This document shows, piece by piece, positions 9,714 through 18,891 of a stretch of 64,000 nt of DNA. The notes below the pieces were generated by a model. The model was not told the origin of the DNA, did not search any database, and saw only the letters and a list, made by a program, of their open reading frames with translations. The stretch is from Longimicrobiales bacterium (lineage in GTDB: Bacteria > Gemmatimonadota > Gemmatimonadetes > Longimicrobiales > Gaopeijiaceae). Numbering within the stretch: the first letter of the stretch is position 1; every line of letters starts with the position of its first letter. The translations under genes and the position numbers were made by a program. Where the stretch lies: positions 128,001 through 192,000 of the forward strand of contig CBDCKN010000003.1 in NCBI GenBank assembly GCA_965218295.1, read 5' to 3'.

Positions 9714-11091
9714 GAGCTAGGATCAAAGGGTGTGTAAAAAGAGAGGCGACGTACCTTTCCGCTGAGTAATAACCAGCGAACTCCGGGTGACAGCCCGGGG
9801 GAAAGGAACGACGCCTCGTGAGGAAGAATACGGTGGGACCCGAGGGTGAGTCCAGGACGCCCGTGTGGGAAGTTCTGGAAGAAGTGGTTCGGGAGAAGGC
9901 GCAGGAGTTCATTCAACAGATCTTGGAGGAGGAAGTCACGGAGTTGCTAGGGCGAGAGAAGTCAGAGCGCAGGAGGGTGGTGGACGCGACCGAGGGCTAC
10001 CGCAACGGATACGGCAAGCCGAGGCGGCTGGCGATGAGCTCGGGCACGATCACACTCCGACGCCCTCGAGTTCGAGGCCTTGAGGAGCGGTTCGAGAGCC
10101 GCGTGCTGCCGTTGTTCGCGAGGCGGACGAAGGAGCTGGGCGCTCTGCTTCCGGAGCTGTATCTGCACGGACTGGCGGAGGGAGACTTCGAGTTGGCGAT
10201 GCGGGGCCTGCTGGGCGAGGGGGCACCGCTGTCGAAGTCTTCGATTCGGCGGCTGCGGGCGGGATGGACGGCGGAGTTCGAGGAATGGAGCCAGCGTCGC
10301 CTGGAGGGTCGTGAGGTCGTCTACGTGTGGGCGGACGGGATCTATGTGAAGGCAGGGCTGGAGCGGGACAAAGCGGCGCTGCTGGTGGTGCTGGGTGCCA
10401 TGCGAGACGGGACGAAAGAGGTGTTGGCCCTGAGAGCGGGCTACCGAGAGTCGGTCGAGTCCTGGTCCGAGGTGTTGCGGGACCTGAAGGCACGCGGCAT
10501 CGAGGCGCCCCGGCTTCTGATGGCGGACGGTAACGCTGCGATCTGGGGCGCAGTACGGCAGGTATGGCCTGAGGCGGGTGAGCAACGGTGCTGGAACCAC
10601 AAGATGAGGAACGTGCTGGACCGACTACCTCAGCGGGAGCAGGGCGAGGCGAAGGATCTTCTCCGGGCCGTGGTCTACGCACCGAGCCGGGCCGAGGCCC
10701 TGAAGGCCCGCGAGGTGTTCGCCCGACGCTATAGGCCGTGGTATCCGAAAGCAGTGGACGTACTCGAGGACGACTGGGAGCGGATGGTAGCGTTCTACGA
10801 CTTCCCCGAGGACCACTGGAAGCATCTACGCACGACGAACGTGGTCGAGAGCCCGTTCGCCGCGGTACGGCTCAGGACGACAGCAGCGAAGCGGTTCAAG
10901 CGGGTCGAGAGCGCTACGGCGCTAATCTGGAAGTTGCTCTTGGTGGCTGAGAAGCGGTTCCGAAGGCTCGACGCTCCTCACCTCCTCAAGGACGTATTTG
11001 AAGGAAGAAAGTTCGAAGACGGAAAGCCCGTCTCACACCAACAGCGGAAGAACGCCGCCTAATACGTTTACACACCTATTGACCCAACCTC
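9714..11091 (+). mobile_element. IS256-family insertion sequence, 1378 bp
   Basis: Imperfect terminal IRs GAGCTAGGATCAAAGGGTGTGTAAA and (reverse complement) GAGGTTGGGTCAATAGGTGTGTAAA; 8-bp target duplication GCGGCGCA at 9706-9713 and 11092-11099. Confidence 0.95.
9818..11062 (+). CDS. IS256-family (Mutator-type DDE) transposase
   Basis: YRNGYG, WADGIY, MADG, QRCWNHKMRN and RTTNVVES motifs. Confidence 0.96.
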   Translation: MRKNTVGPEGESRTPVWEVLEEVVREKAQEFIQQILEEEVTELLGREKSERRRVVDATEGYRNGYGKPRRLAMSSGTITLRRPRVRGLEERFESRVLPLFARRTKELGALLPELYLHGLAEGDFELAMRGLLGEGAPLSKSSIRRLRAGWTAEFEEWSQRRLEGREVVYVWADGIYVKAGLERDKAALLVVLGAMRDGTKEVLALRAGYRESVESWSEVLRDLKARGIEAPRLLMADGNAAIWGAVRQVWPEAGEQRCWNHKMRNVLDRLPQREQGEAKDLLRAVVYAPSRAEALKAREVFARRYRPWYPKAVDVLEDDWERMVAFYDFPEDHWKHLRTTNVVESPFAAVRLRTTAAKRFKRVESATALIWKLLLVAEKRFRRLDAPHLLKDVFEGRKFEDGKPVSHQQRKNAA

Positions 11092-11430
11092 GCGGCGCAC
11101 AAAACCACTGCACGATTTCGAAGGTGGTCGAGCAGGTTCTCGACTGGCACCCGTTCGACTACTACACTGTGCGATTCAGCAAGGGCCCTTGGCACCTGCT
11201 GAGCACCGTCGAGTGCGAGCCTTTCGACGGGGGCACCGAAGTGCGTTGGAAGCTGCAGGCCGAGGGCCGCCTTCCACGTCCTCTGCTCGTGCTCGCGTGC
11301 CACGGCATGGCAAGGTACGGAATCGAGCTCGACGAAGCGCTCAGACGCCTGACGGTTCTTCTCCCGGAGCCCGGCTCGGCGCACGTCGACACACCCTCGT
11401 GATGCCGGACGTGATGGTTGGAGCCGATCA

Positions 11431-12411
11431 ATGAGCAAAGCGGTGAGGATTCACGAGGTGGGCGGGCCTGAAGTCCTGAAGTTCGAGACGGTCGAGGTGG
11501 ACGATCCCGGGCCTGGGCAGGCCCTGCTGAGACAGACTGCGGCAGGTCTCAACTACATCGATACCTACCAGCGGACCGGACTGTATCCGCTGGCATCCTT
11601 TCCGGTGATCCTGGGCATGGAAGGCGCCGGTGTGGTCGAGGCGGTGGGTGAAGGCGTTACCGAAGTCGACGTCGGCGATCGCGTCGCCTACAGCATGGCG
11701 CTCGGCGCGTACGCAGAACGGCGACTGGTTCCGGCCGCAGTGCTCGTGCGCCTGCCGGACGGCATCAGCGACGATCAGGGTGCGGCGATGATGCTGAAGG
11801 GCTGCACGGCGCAGTACCTCCTCCGTCGCACGTACCGGGTCGATGCCGGCGATACGATCCTCATCCATGCGGCGGCGGGTGGGGTCGGTCTGATCGTGTG
11901 CCAGTGGGCCAAGCATCTGGGCGCGACGGTCATCGGCACGGTCGGAAGCGCCGACAAGGCCGCGCTCGCCAAGGCACATGGATGCGACCACGCGATCGAC
12001 TACAGGACAGAGAACTTCGCCGAACGGGTCAGGGAGATCACGAACGGAGCCGGTGTCCCGGTCGTCTACGACTCTGTGGGCAGGGATACCTTCACGGCCT
12101 CTCTGGACTGCCTCCAGCCGCACAGCCTGTTGGTGAGCTTCGGCCAATCCTCGGGGGCGATCCCGCCCTTCGACCCGGGCGTGTTGGCACAAAAGGGGTC
12201 GCTCTTCCTCACGCGCCCTTCACTAGCCGGCTACATAGGCACCCGCGAGGAGCTCGAGGCGACGGCGACCGAGCTGTTCGACGTGGTGCTGAGCGGCGCG
12301 GTCAAGATCGAGGTGAATCAGACGTATCCGCTCGAAGAGGTCGCCACGGCCCACCGCAATCTCGAGGCGCGGAAGACGACCGGCTCGACCGTGCTTCGGA
12401 TGGCGGGATAG
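11431..12411 (+). CDS. qor: NADPH:quinone oxidoreductase (zeta-crystallin/MDR family)
   Basis: GGPEVL, GLNYIDTYQRTGLY, HAAAGGVG, GSLFLTRPSL, RKTTGS. Confidence 0.9.
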   Translation: MSKAVRIHEVGGPEVLKFETVEVDDPGPGQALLRQTAAGLNYIDTYQRTGLYPLASFPVILGMEGAGVVEAVGEGVTEVDVGDRVAYSMALGAYAERRLVPAAVLVRLPDGISDDQGAAMMLKGCTAQYLLRRTYRVDAGDTILIHAAAGGVGLIVCQWAKHLGATVIGTVGSADKAALAKAHGCDHAIDYRTENFAERVREITNGAGVPVVYDSVGRDTFTASLDCLQPHSLLVSFGQSSGAIPPFDPGVLAQKGSLFLTRPSLAGYIGTREELEATATELFDVVLSGAVKIEVNQTYPLEEVATAHRNLEARKTTGSTVLRMAG

Positions 12412-12467
12412 GCCCCAGAGTGGATGCCGTAGCGGGACCCGGGGCTTTTATGACGGAACGTACGACC

Positions 12468-14138
12468 TCAGCGACGCCTTGGTTCGACAGGCTCGAAGCT
12501 CCGGTAGTCGTTAGGATCGCCGCTGCCTTTGTATCTCGCCTGCAGCGGATATGGATAATGGGGCCGAGTGAATTCGTACCTGTCGGGTACCGATGCACTC
12601 GCTTCAACGGAAGTCATTCCGTCGGCATGATAGCCTATCATCATATCGGGCGTCTGACCCTGTTCGACCCAGGCTTCTAGATAGCTGAAAAAGTCGCCGG
12701 TGGCCGCGCCATCGCCACCAGAGCAATGCGACCGCCCCGGAATCATGAACAGCCGAACAGACTCTTGGGTGCTGGCCCGCCCGCCCATGATTCTCTCCGC
12801 CATCTCATAATAATCGGCGGTGACTCGTGGCCCGTTCGCGCCGGAGTCTTCCCAGCCCTGGATGATCATCAGCTTGCCACCCGCAGCCTTGAGGTTACGC
12901 AGATCGGGATTGCCGTAGCCCGTCACAATCGCATCCATCATCCCGGTGCGCTTGTAGTCGTGGTCGAAATCAAAATCGGTCGCCTTCCAGCTCGGCCCCG
13001 GATCCGGATTGAAACCCATGTACTGCCACCAGCTGGTCTTATACTCGGGATCCATGGAAAAGAAGGTACCCTTCTCCGAGCCGGGCAGAGCGGGTAACCA
13101 GGGGAAGTATTTGCTGATCTTCTCGCCTTTCGACGTCACCGGCCCCTCGTAGACTTTCCTGGCCGCCTCCACCTGGACCGGCGACAGACAGCCCGATCTT
13201 TGACCCCGCTCGCAGGTCAGTTCGGCAGGATCGAATTCACAGGTCCGGGGATCGCCACCGATGATCCCATCCTCGAGGCCATCGTCCGCATCGCATGCGG
13301 CCATGGCTCCCTCGTGAAGCACGTCCAGATCGGCGGGCGTGAAAAGCGGATTGCCGTCCTCGTCATGCATCGCCAGGGCGTTCCAAAGGATCATGACGCC
13401 CGTGGACGTCACGATGGAGGGCTCCAGGGCAAGAATGCCGTCGAAGTTCCACGGAAATCGCTGCGCTTCGACCATCCCCTGCTTGCCGCCGCCGGAACAG
13501 CCAACATGATAGGAGAACTCTGGGGCCCTGCCGTAGTAGTGTTCTATGATGGCCTTGCCCGCCAGGGCGACGACATGGTGACCGCGGATGCCGTAATCAA
13601 ACTCCGCCTGGAGATTGTTGTAGGCCCACGAGGCCCTGGATCCTATGCCAGTATGGCCTGTATTGTGCGTGATACAGGCATAGCCTCTCCGCAATCCCTC
13701 ATCGCACCAGGGGGCCCGCGCCTCCGTCGAGCCGCCATAGCCGCCAGGGCTCGCCTCCATAAAGTTGCCGTTCCATTCGGGGCTCCCCGGCATTCGTAAC
13801 ACGAATTCGACATTGGGCGAGACATAGCCCTCCACACGGCAATGGGCGGGCACATCGCCGGCGGCATCCACCACCCGGGCTTGCGTCACCTGCGTCGGCG
13901 CATCCTGAAGGGTCGTGAAGTCCGCCGTCGGCAGCGGAGGATGACCAGGTAAAGGTCTTGTCGGGAAGAGCGCCTCGCAGTCGGCGACAGCAGCCGACGG
14001 GCCACCGGGCCGGGCCGCCTCGCCGGGATCTGTCTCAACGGCCAGGATCGCACCGGCGCTCAGGCTGCCGGCCCCGACCCACACCGCTCCCATCGCCAGG
14101 GCCAGGCCCAACGCGAGTTTTTCTACGGTGTGCTTCAT
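12468..14138 (-). CDS. Tannase/feruloyl esterase family hydrolase (copy 1), secreted
   Basis: Start MKHTVEK (AGGAG RBS); GCSGGG nucleophile, GWED and PGRSHCSGG (CS-D-HC motif). Confidence 0.9.
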   Translation of the reverse strand: MKHTVEKLALGLALAMGAVWVGAGSLSAGAILAVETDPGEAARPGGPSAAVADCEALFPTRPLPGHPPLPTADFTTLQDAPTQVTQARVVDAAGDVPAHCRVEGYVSPNVEFVLRMPGSPEWNGNFMEASPGGYGGSTEARAPWCDEGLRRGYACITHNTGHTGIGSRASWAYNNLQAEFDYGIRGHHVVALAGKAIIEHYYGRAPEFSYHVGCSGGGKQGMVEAQRFPWNFDGILALEPSIVTSTGVMILWNALAMHDEDGNPLFTPADLDVLHEGAMAACDADDGLEDGIIGGDPRTCEFDPAELTCERGQRSGCLSPVQVEAARKVYEGPVTSKGEKISKYFPWLPALPGSEKGTFFSMDPEYKTSWWQYMGFNPDPGPSWKATDFDFDHDYKRTGMMDAIVTGYGNPDLRNLKAAGGKLMIIQGWEDSGANGPRVTADYYEMAERIMGGRASTQESVRLFMIPGRSHCSGGDGAATGDFFSYLEAWVEQGQTPDMMIGYHADGMTSVEASASVPDRYEFTRPHYPYPLQARYKGSGDPNDYRSFEPVEPRRR

Positions 14139-14194
14139 CGAGTATCTCCTTGCTGATTCTGCGTGCGTGAGGAGCCTCATCCGTCACGTCGATT

Positions 14195-15829
14195 TCAGCG
14201 ACGCCTTGGTTCGGCAGGCTCGAAATTCCGGTAGTCGTTCGGATCGCCGCTACCTTTGTATCTCGCCTGCAGCGGATATGGATAATGGGGCCGGGTGAAG
14301 TCGTACCTGTCGGGTACCGATGAATTCGCTTCAACGGAAGTTATTCCTTCGGCATGGTAGCCTACGATCATATCCGGTGCCTGACCCTCTTCGACCCAGG
14401 CTTCTAGATAGCTGAGAAAGTCGCCGCTAGCCGCACCCACGCCACCAGAGCAATGCGACCGCCCCGGAATCATGAAGAGGCGATAAAATTCCTGGGTGCT
14501 GGCCCGCCCGCCCATGATTTTTTCCGCCATCTCATAGTAGTCGGCACTGACTTGCGGCCCGGGAAGGCCGGAGTCTTCCCAGCCCTGGATGACCATCAGC
14601 TTGCCACCCGCAGCCTTCAAGTTACGCAGATCGGGATTGTTGTAGCCATTCACAACCGCGTCCATCATCGCGGTACGCTTGTAATCGTGGTCGAAATCAA
14701 AATCGGCCCACGTCCAACTCGGCCCCGGATCCGGATTGAAACCCATGAACCGCCACCAACTGGTCTTATACTCGAGATCCATGGAAAAGAAGGTACCCAG
14801 CTCCGAGCCGGGCGTGGCGGGGTACCAGGGGAAATATCTGCTGACCTTCTCGCCTTCCGACGTCACCGGCCCGCTGTAGACTTTCCTGGCCGCCTCCACC
14901 TGGACCGGCGACAGACAGCCCGATCTCTGACCCGGCTCGCAGGTCAGTTCGGCAGGATCGAATGCGCAGGTCCGGGGATCACCACCGATGATCCCATCCT
15001 CGAGGCCATCGTCCGCATCGCATGCGGCGATGGCCCCCGCGTGAAGCACGTCCCGATCGGCGGGCGTGAAAAGCCGATTGCCGTCCTCGTCATGAGTCGC
15101 CCGGGAGTTCCACAGGAGCAGGACACCCGAGGCCGTCACGCTGGATGGCTCCATAGCGAGAATGCCGTCGAAGTTCCACGGAAATCGCTGCGCTTCGACC
15201 ATCCCCTGCTTGCCACCGCCGGAACAGCCAAGATGATAGGAGAACTCTGGCGCCCTGCCGTAGTAGTGTTCGGTGATGGCCTTGCCCGCCAGGGCGGCGA
15301 CATGGTGACCGCGGATGCCGTAATCAAACTCCGCCTGGAGATTGTTGTAGGCCCACGAGGCCCTCATTCCCCAGCCAGTATGCCCCGTATCGTGCGAGAT
15401 ACAGGCATAGCCTCTCCGCAATGCCTCGTCGCACCAGCCGGCCATCGCTTCCGTCGAGCCGCCATATCCACCAAGGCTCGCCTCCAGAAAATTGCCGTTC
15501 CAGTCGGAGCTCCCCGGCAGTCGTAACACGATCCCGACATTGGGCGAGACATAGCCCTCCGCACGGCAATAGGCGGGCACATCGCCAGCAGCATCCACCA
15601 CCCGGGCTCCCGTCACCTGCGTCGGCGCATCCTGAATGGCCGTGAAGTCCGTCGTCGGCAGCGCCTCGCAATCAGCGACAGCCACCGACAGGCCACCGGG
15701 CCGGGCCGCCTCGCTGGGATCTATCTCAACGGCCAGGATCGTACCGGCGCTCGGACTGCCGGCCCCGACCCACACCGCTCCCATCGCCAGCGCCAGGCCC
15801 ACCGCGAATCTCTTGAACGTGTGCTTCAT
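14195..15829 (-). CDS. Tannase/feruloyl esterase family hydrolase (copy 2), secreted
   Basis: Start MKHTFKR (GGAGG RBS); same CS-D-HC motifs; close tandem paralog of copy 1. Confidence 0.9.
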   Translation of the reverse strand: MKHTFKRFAVGLALAMGAVWVGAGSPSAGTILAVEIDPSEAARPGGLSVAVADCEALPTTDFTAIQDAPTQVTGARVVDAAGDVPAYCRAEGYVSPNVGIVLRLPGSSDWNGNFLEASLGGYGGSTEAMAGWCDEALRRGYACISHDTGHTGWGMRASWAYNNLQAEFDYGIRGHHVAALAGKAITEHYYGRAPEFSYHLGCSGGGKQGMVEAQRFPWNFDGILAMEPSSVTASGVLLLWNSRATHDEDGNRLFTPADRDVLHAGAIAACDADDGLEDGIIGGDPRTCAFDPAELTCEPGQRSGCLSPVQVEAARKVYSGPVTSEGEKVSRYFPWYPATPGSELGTFFSMDLEYKTSWWRFMGFNPDPGPSWTWADFDFDHDYKRTAMMDAVVNGYNNPDLRNLKAAGGKLMVIQGWEDSGLPGPQVSADYYEMAEKIMGGRASTQEFYRLFMIPGRSHCSGGVGAASGDFLSYLEAWVEEGQAPDMIVGYHAEGITSVEANSSVPDRYDFTRPHYPYPLQARYKGSGDPNDYRNFEPAEPRRR

Positions 15830-15888
15830 CAAGTACCTCCATATGGTTCTGCGTGCCTGAAAAACCGCTCCGTCACGTCCCGTCAATC

Positions 15889-16274
15889 TCATCGACGCTC
15901 TGGATCGAATGCCTCGAAGCTCCGATAGTCGTTCGGATCGCCGCTGCCTTTGTATCTCGCTTGCAGCGGAAATGGGTAATGAGGCCGAGTGAAGTCGTAC
16001 GTGTCGGGTACCGATGAACTCGTTTCAACGGAAGTCATTCCGTCGGCATGATAACCTATCATCATATCGGGCGCCTGACCCTGTTCGACCCAGGCTTCTA
16101 GATAGCTGAAAAAGTCGCCGGTGGCCGCGCCATTGCCACCACGGCAATGCGACCGCCCCGGAATCATGAACAGCCGAACAGACTCTTGGATGCTGGCCCG
16201 CCCGCCCATGATTTTTTCCGCCATCTCATCGCCAGGGCCAGGCCCAACGCGAATCTCTTGAACGTGCGCTCCAT
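15889..16274 (-). pseudogene. Tannase copy 3 with a large internal deletion
   Basis: Signal peptide MERTFKRFALGLALAM is joined out of frame to the C-terminal EMAEKIMGG...PGRSHC...YRSFEAFDPERR; junction near 16228 at an ATG microhomology. Confidence 0.9.
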
Positions 16275-16286
16275 CGTATCTTCCTT

Positions 16287-16326
16287 TCTTGTGAGTACCG
16301 TGCACGTCTTGTGAGTACCGTGCACG
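16287..16326. repeat. 20-bp perfect tandem duplication TCTTGTGAGTACCGTGCACG x2
   Basis: Read directly at 16287-16306 and 16307-16326. Confidence 0.9.
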
Positions 16327-16380
16327 TCACGTCGCAAGGTGCTCGCCGGCCTGACCGCGCTCGTGAAAGCACGAGACAAA

Positions 16381-16559
16381 CGTGACCACGGCCCTCCTCT
16401 ACGGCTGCTCCAGCACTGCCATGTTTAACATCAAAGGCCGGTCCTACCGGCTGAAGGAGCTCGAGAAGCTCATCCGCTGAACCTCGACGCGGTGCTACTC
16501 ACTCCCGTGCACCGCTTGGGGGTCGTCCGCTATGTTACGCTCCGAATGTGAAGCTCACA
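16381..16559 (+). mobile_element. istB: IS21-family remnant (IstB C-terminus plus probable right end)
   Basis: Frameshifted VTTALL..RLLQHCHV.FNIKGRSYRLKELEKLIR* (stop at 16480) resembles the IstB tail motif. The segment ends ...AAGCTCACA, with terminal CA as in IS21 ends. Confidence 0.7.
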
Positions 16560-16712
16560 ACCAGTGGGCCAGCGGCGCCGTTCGTTCCCGGGGCCACTGT
16601 GGCAGTCTGGAAAAACTGCCATCGATCGAGGCGCTGGGAACCCCTTTTGGCATAGGAAGGGTGGAAAAGGATGGGGAGGGCATTTTCCTCGAGCTCAACC
16701 GAAAGGACGCGC

Positions 16713-18341
16713 GTGGTTGCGATCATTTCACCTGAAGACTCGGAGAGACCCCAGTGGTCTATGACGATAGGGGAGTTCCTGGATAAGGCGGCTTCCCTAC
16801 GGCCGGGTAAGACCTATCTCTATTTCCGCGACCAAGAAGTCAGCTTCCAGAATTTTCGGGAATATAGCCTTCGGACAGCTACCCTCTTCCGAGAGCTGGG
16901 TGTTCAGAAGGGAGATCGAGTTTGTCTTTTCCTGCCCAATTGCCCGGAATTCCTTTATGCCTGGTTGGGTCTGTCGCTCATTGGTGCCATAGGTGTCCCG
17001 ATCAACGCGGCCTATAAGGAAGAAGAAGGTGCCTTCATTCTCGAGAGTTGCGCAGCGCGGGTCTTACTAACGCATCACGCTTTGTTGGAGGTGGCCAAAA
17101 AAATGTGCGGGGATTCCCAGACCATCGGAAAGCTGATGGTTTCAGGCGAGGGCGGACGAAGCTCCCCTGAGTTTCTCGACTTTTCCCGAGAGCTTCAAAA
17201 GTGTCCCCCGTTGGCGGAGCCCGAGGAGGTTACGCCTCAAGATATATCCATGCTGATGTTTACATCAGGGACAACGGGGAAGCCTAAAGGGGTCATGGTG
17301 ACGCATGAAATGTACGTGGCCGCCGGGCAGGGGTATGCCACTTGGGTCGAGGCCGACTCTGAGGATCGCTTCTTCACCTGTCTCCCTCTTTGCCATGCGA
17401 ACGCCCAGTATTACTCCACCATGGGCTCTCTGGCGGTGGGGGCCAGTCTTATTATGGAGGAGCGCTTCAGTGCATCCAAATTCTGGGACCAGGCAAGGAG
17501 GTCCGGCGCGACCGTGGTAAACTTCATTGGCATGATGTTGCCTGTCCTCCTGAAGCAGCCGCGTGTGGAGTTCGATCCTCCGAATCAAGTGCGCGTCTGC
17601 TATGGTTCCCCCGCCTTCTCTCCGGAATTTCTAACCGAGTTTGAGAAGCGATTCAGTACAAAGGTGGTGATCGGTTTTGCATTAACGGAATGCGTGTTCG
17701 GGACGATAGAGCGTCTCGGCCAATCCCATAGGCCGCGCAGCTCGGGGGTGCCGCGTTGGCACCCAGATAGCCGTTTCGTAAACGAGCTGCGGATCGTGGG
17801 GGAGCAAGATGTACCCCTGCCGTCAGGAGAGGTGGGGGAGGTTCTGCTGCGCAACCCGGCCGTGACGCCTGGCTACTGGCAGAATGATGAGCAGACGACC
17901 GAGGCGCTACGCGGAGGCTGGCTCCACACGGGGGACCTCGGCCGCGTAGACGAGGAAGGTCACCTTTACTTTGTGGACCGGAAGAAGGACGTGATCCGAA
18001 GACGAGGGGAGAATATCGCCTCCTCGGAGGTGGAGGAGGTTTTGAAAAGAGAGCCAAGGATTCTGGACTGTGCCGTAATTGGTGTGCCGTCAGAGCTGGC
18101 GGAGGAAGAGGTGAAGGTGTTTGTGGTGCTCCGTCCGGGAGAGCAGATGGGGCCCGAGGAAATCGTTTCCTGGTGCGCTGAACGGTTGGCTCACTTCAAG
18201 GTCCCCCGATACGTGGAATTCCGCGCAGAGCTTCCCAGGACGCCCAGCCTGCGGGTACGCAAGAATTTGCTTCGCCGGGACGTTGCGGGGCCGGCGGGGG
18301 AATGCTTCGATCGGGAGAAAGCGGATATCCGTCTGCGCTAG
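16713..18341 (+). CDS. Acyl-CoA synthetase (CaiC-like AMP-binding)
   Basis: FTSGTTGKPKG, GFALTE, HTGDLG, RKKDVIRRRGENI; GTG start with AAAGGA RBS (start uncertain). Confidence 0.9.
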   Translation: MVAIISPEDSERPQWSMTIGEFLDKAASLRPGKTYLYFRDQEVSFQNFREYSLRTATLFRELGVQKGDRVCLFLPNCPEFLYAWLGLSLIGAIGVPINAAYKEEEGAFILESCAARVLLTHHALLEVAKKMCGDSQTIGKLMVSGEGGRSSPEFLDFSRELQKCPPLAEPEEVTPQDISMLMFTSGTTGKPKGVMVTHEMYVAAGQGYATWVEADSEDRFFTCLPLCHANAQYYSTMGSLAVGASLIMEERFSASKFWDQARRSGATVVNFIGMMLPVLLKQPRVEFDPPNQVRVCYGSPAFSPEFLTEFEKRFSTKVVIGFALTECVFGTIERLGQSHRPRSSGVPRWHPDSRFVNELRIVGEQDVPLPSGEVGEVLLRNPAVTPGYWQNDEQTTEALRGGWLHTGDLGRVDEEGHLYFVDRKKDVIRRRGENIASSEVEEVLKREPRILDCAVIGVPSELAEEEVKVFVVLRPGEQMGPEEIVSWCAERLAHFKVPRYVEFRAELPRTPSLRVRKNLLRRDVAGPAGECFDREKADIRLR

Positions 18342-18375
18342 GAACGGTCGGATGCCGCGGAAAGGAACCTAACTT

Positions 18376-18804
18376 TTGGCCGAGGCGAGAATCGAACCGG
18401 TCTCCCTGGAACCCGCTGCCTTCGAGGTGGGCAACACCGAAAATGAGTGTGGGCTTCTGGGCAACCGTTGTCCGCAATGCGATCTCGTGTTTTTTCCCCG
18501 ACGTCACTTTTGTACGCGCTGCTCCGCGTCGAGACTTGAAGAGATTCGGCTCAGCAAAAAGGGCCGTCTCTTGAGCTTCACCACAGTGTACCAGAAGCCC
18601 AAGTTTTCCAGCGTGGAGCCGCCCTATCTCATGGGGGAGATTGATCTCCCGGAAAGGGTGGTGGTCTATTCGCTGCTCTCCCAAAGTCAGCACGAAGAGC
18701 TGAAGATAGGGGGTGAAGTGGAGTTGGTCGCAGTAAAGGTGAGAGAGGAGGAGCGAGAGGGGAAGCGTGTGACCGTGATGGGCTATGCCTTCAGGCCGTG
18801 CTAA
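18376..18804 (+). CDS. Zn-ribbon plus OB-fold protein (DUF35/ChsH2-like)
   Basis: CPQC...FPRRHFCTRC Zn ribbon followed by an OB-fold segment; adjacent to a thiolase. Confidence 0.88.
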   Translation: MAEARIEPVSLEPAAFEVGNTENECGLLGNRCPQCDLVFFPRRHFCTRCSASRLEEIRLSKKGRLLSFTTVYQKPKFSSVEPPYLMGEIDLPERVVVYSLLSQSQHEELKIGGEVELVAVKVREEEREGKRVTVMGYAFRPC

Positions 18805-18891
18805 TCCAAGCGTAAAAATAGATCTACATTTTCTCTAATCTGACAATAGGACTGCATCAAAATCATGGAAAGGGACGACGGAAAATAATCA

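Larger units (their letters stand above)
8931..11402 (+). pseudogene. DUF2652 (nucleotide-cyclase-like) plus SRPBCC-like protein interrupted by IS256
   Basis: ADISGFT, EVEGDA and CPCRAC motifs. Removing the IS and one target copy restores the frame ...TGRGA|QNHCTISKVVEQVLDWHPFDYYT to the stop at 11402. Confidence 0.85.

Noticed and set aside
16287..16326. Possible CRISPR repeat
   Set aside because: Only two abutting 20-bp units with no spacer and no cas genes.
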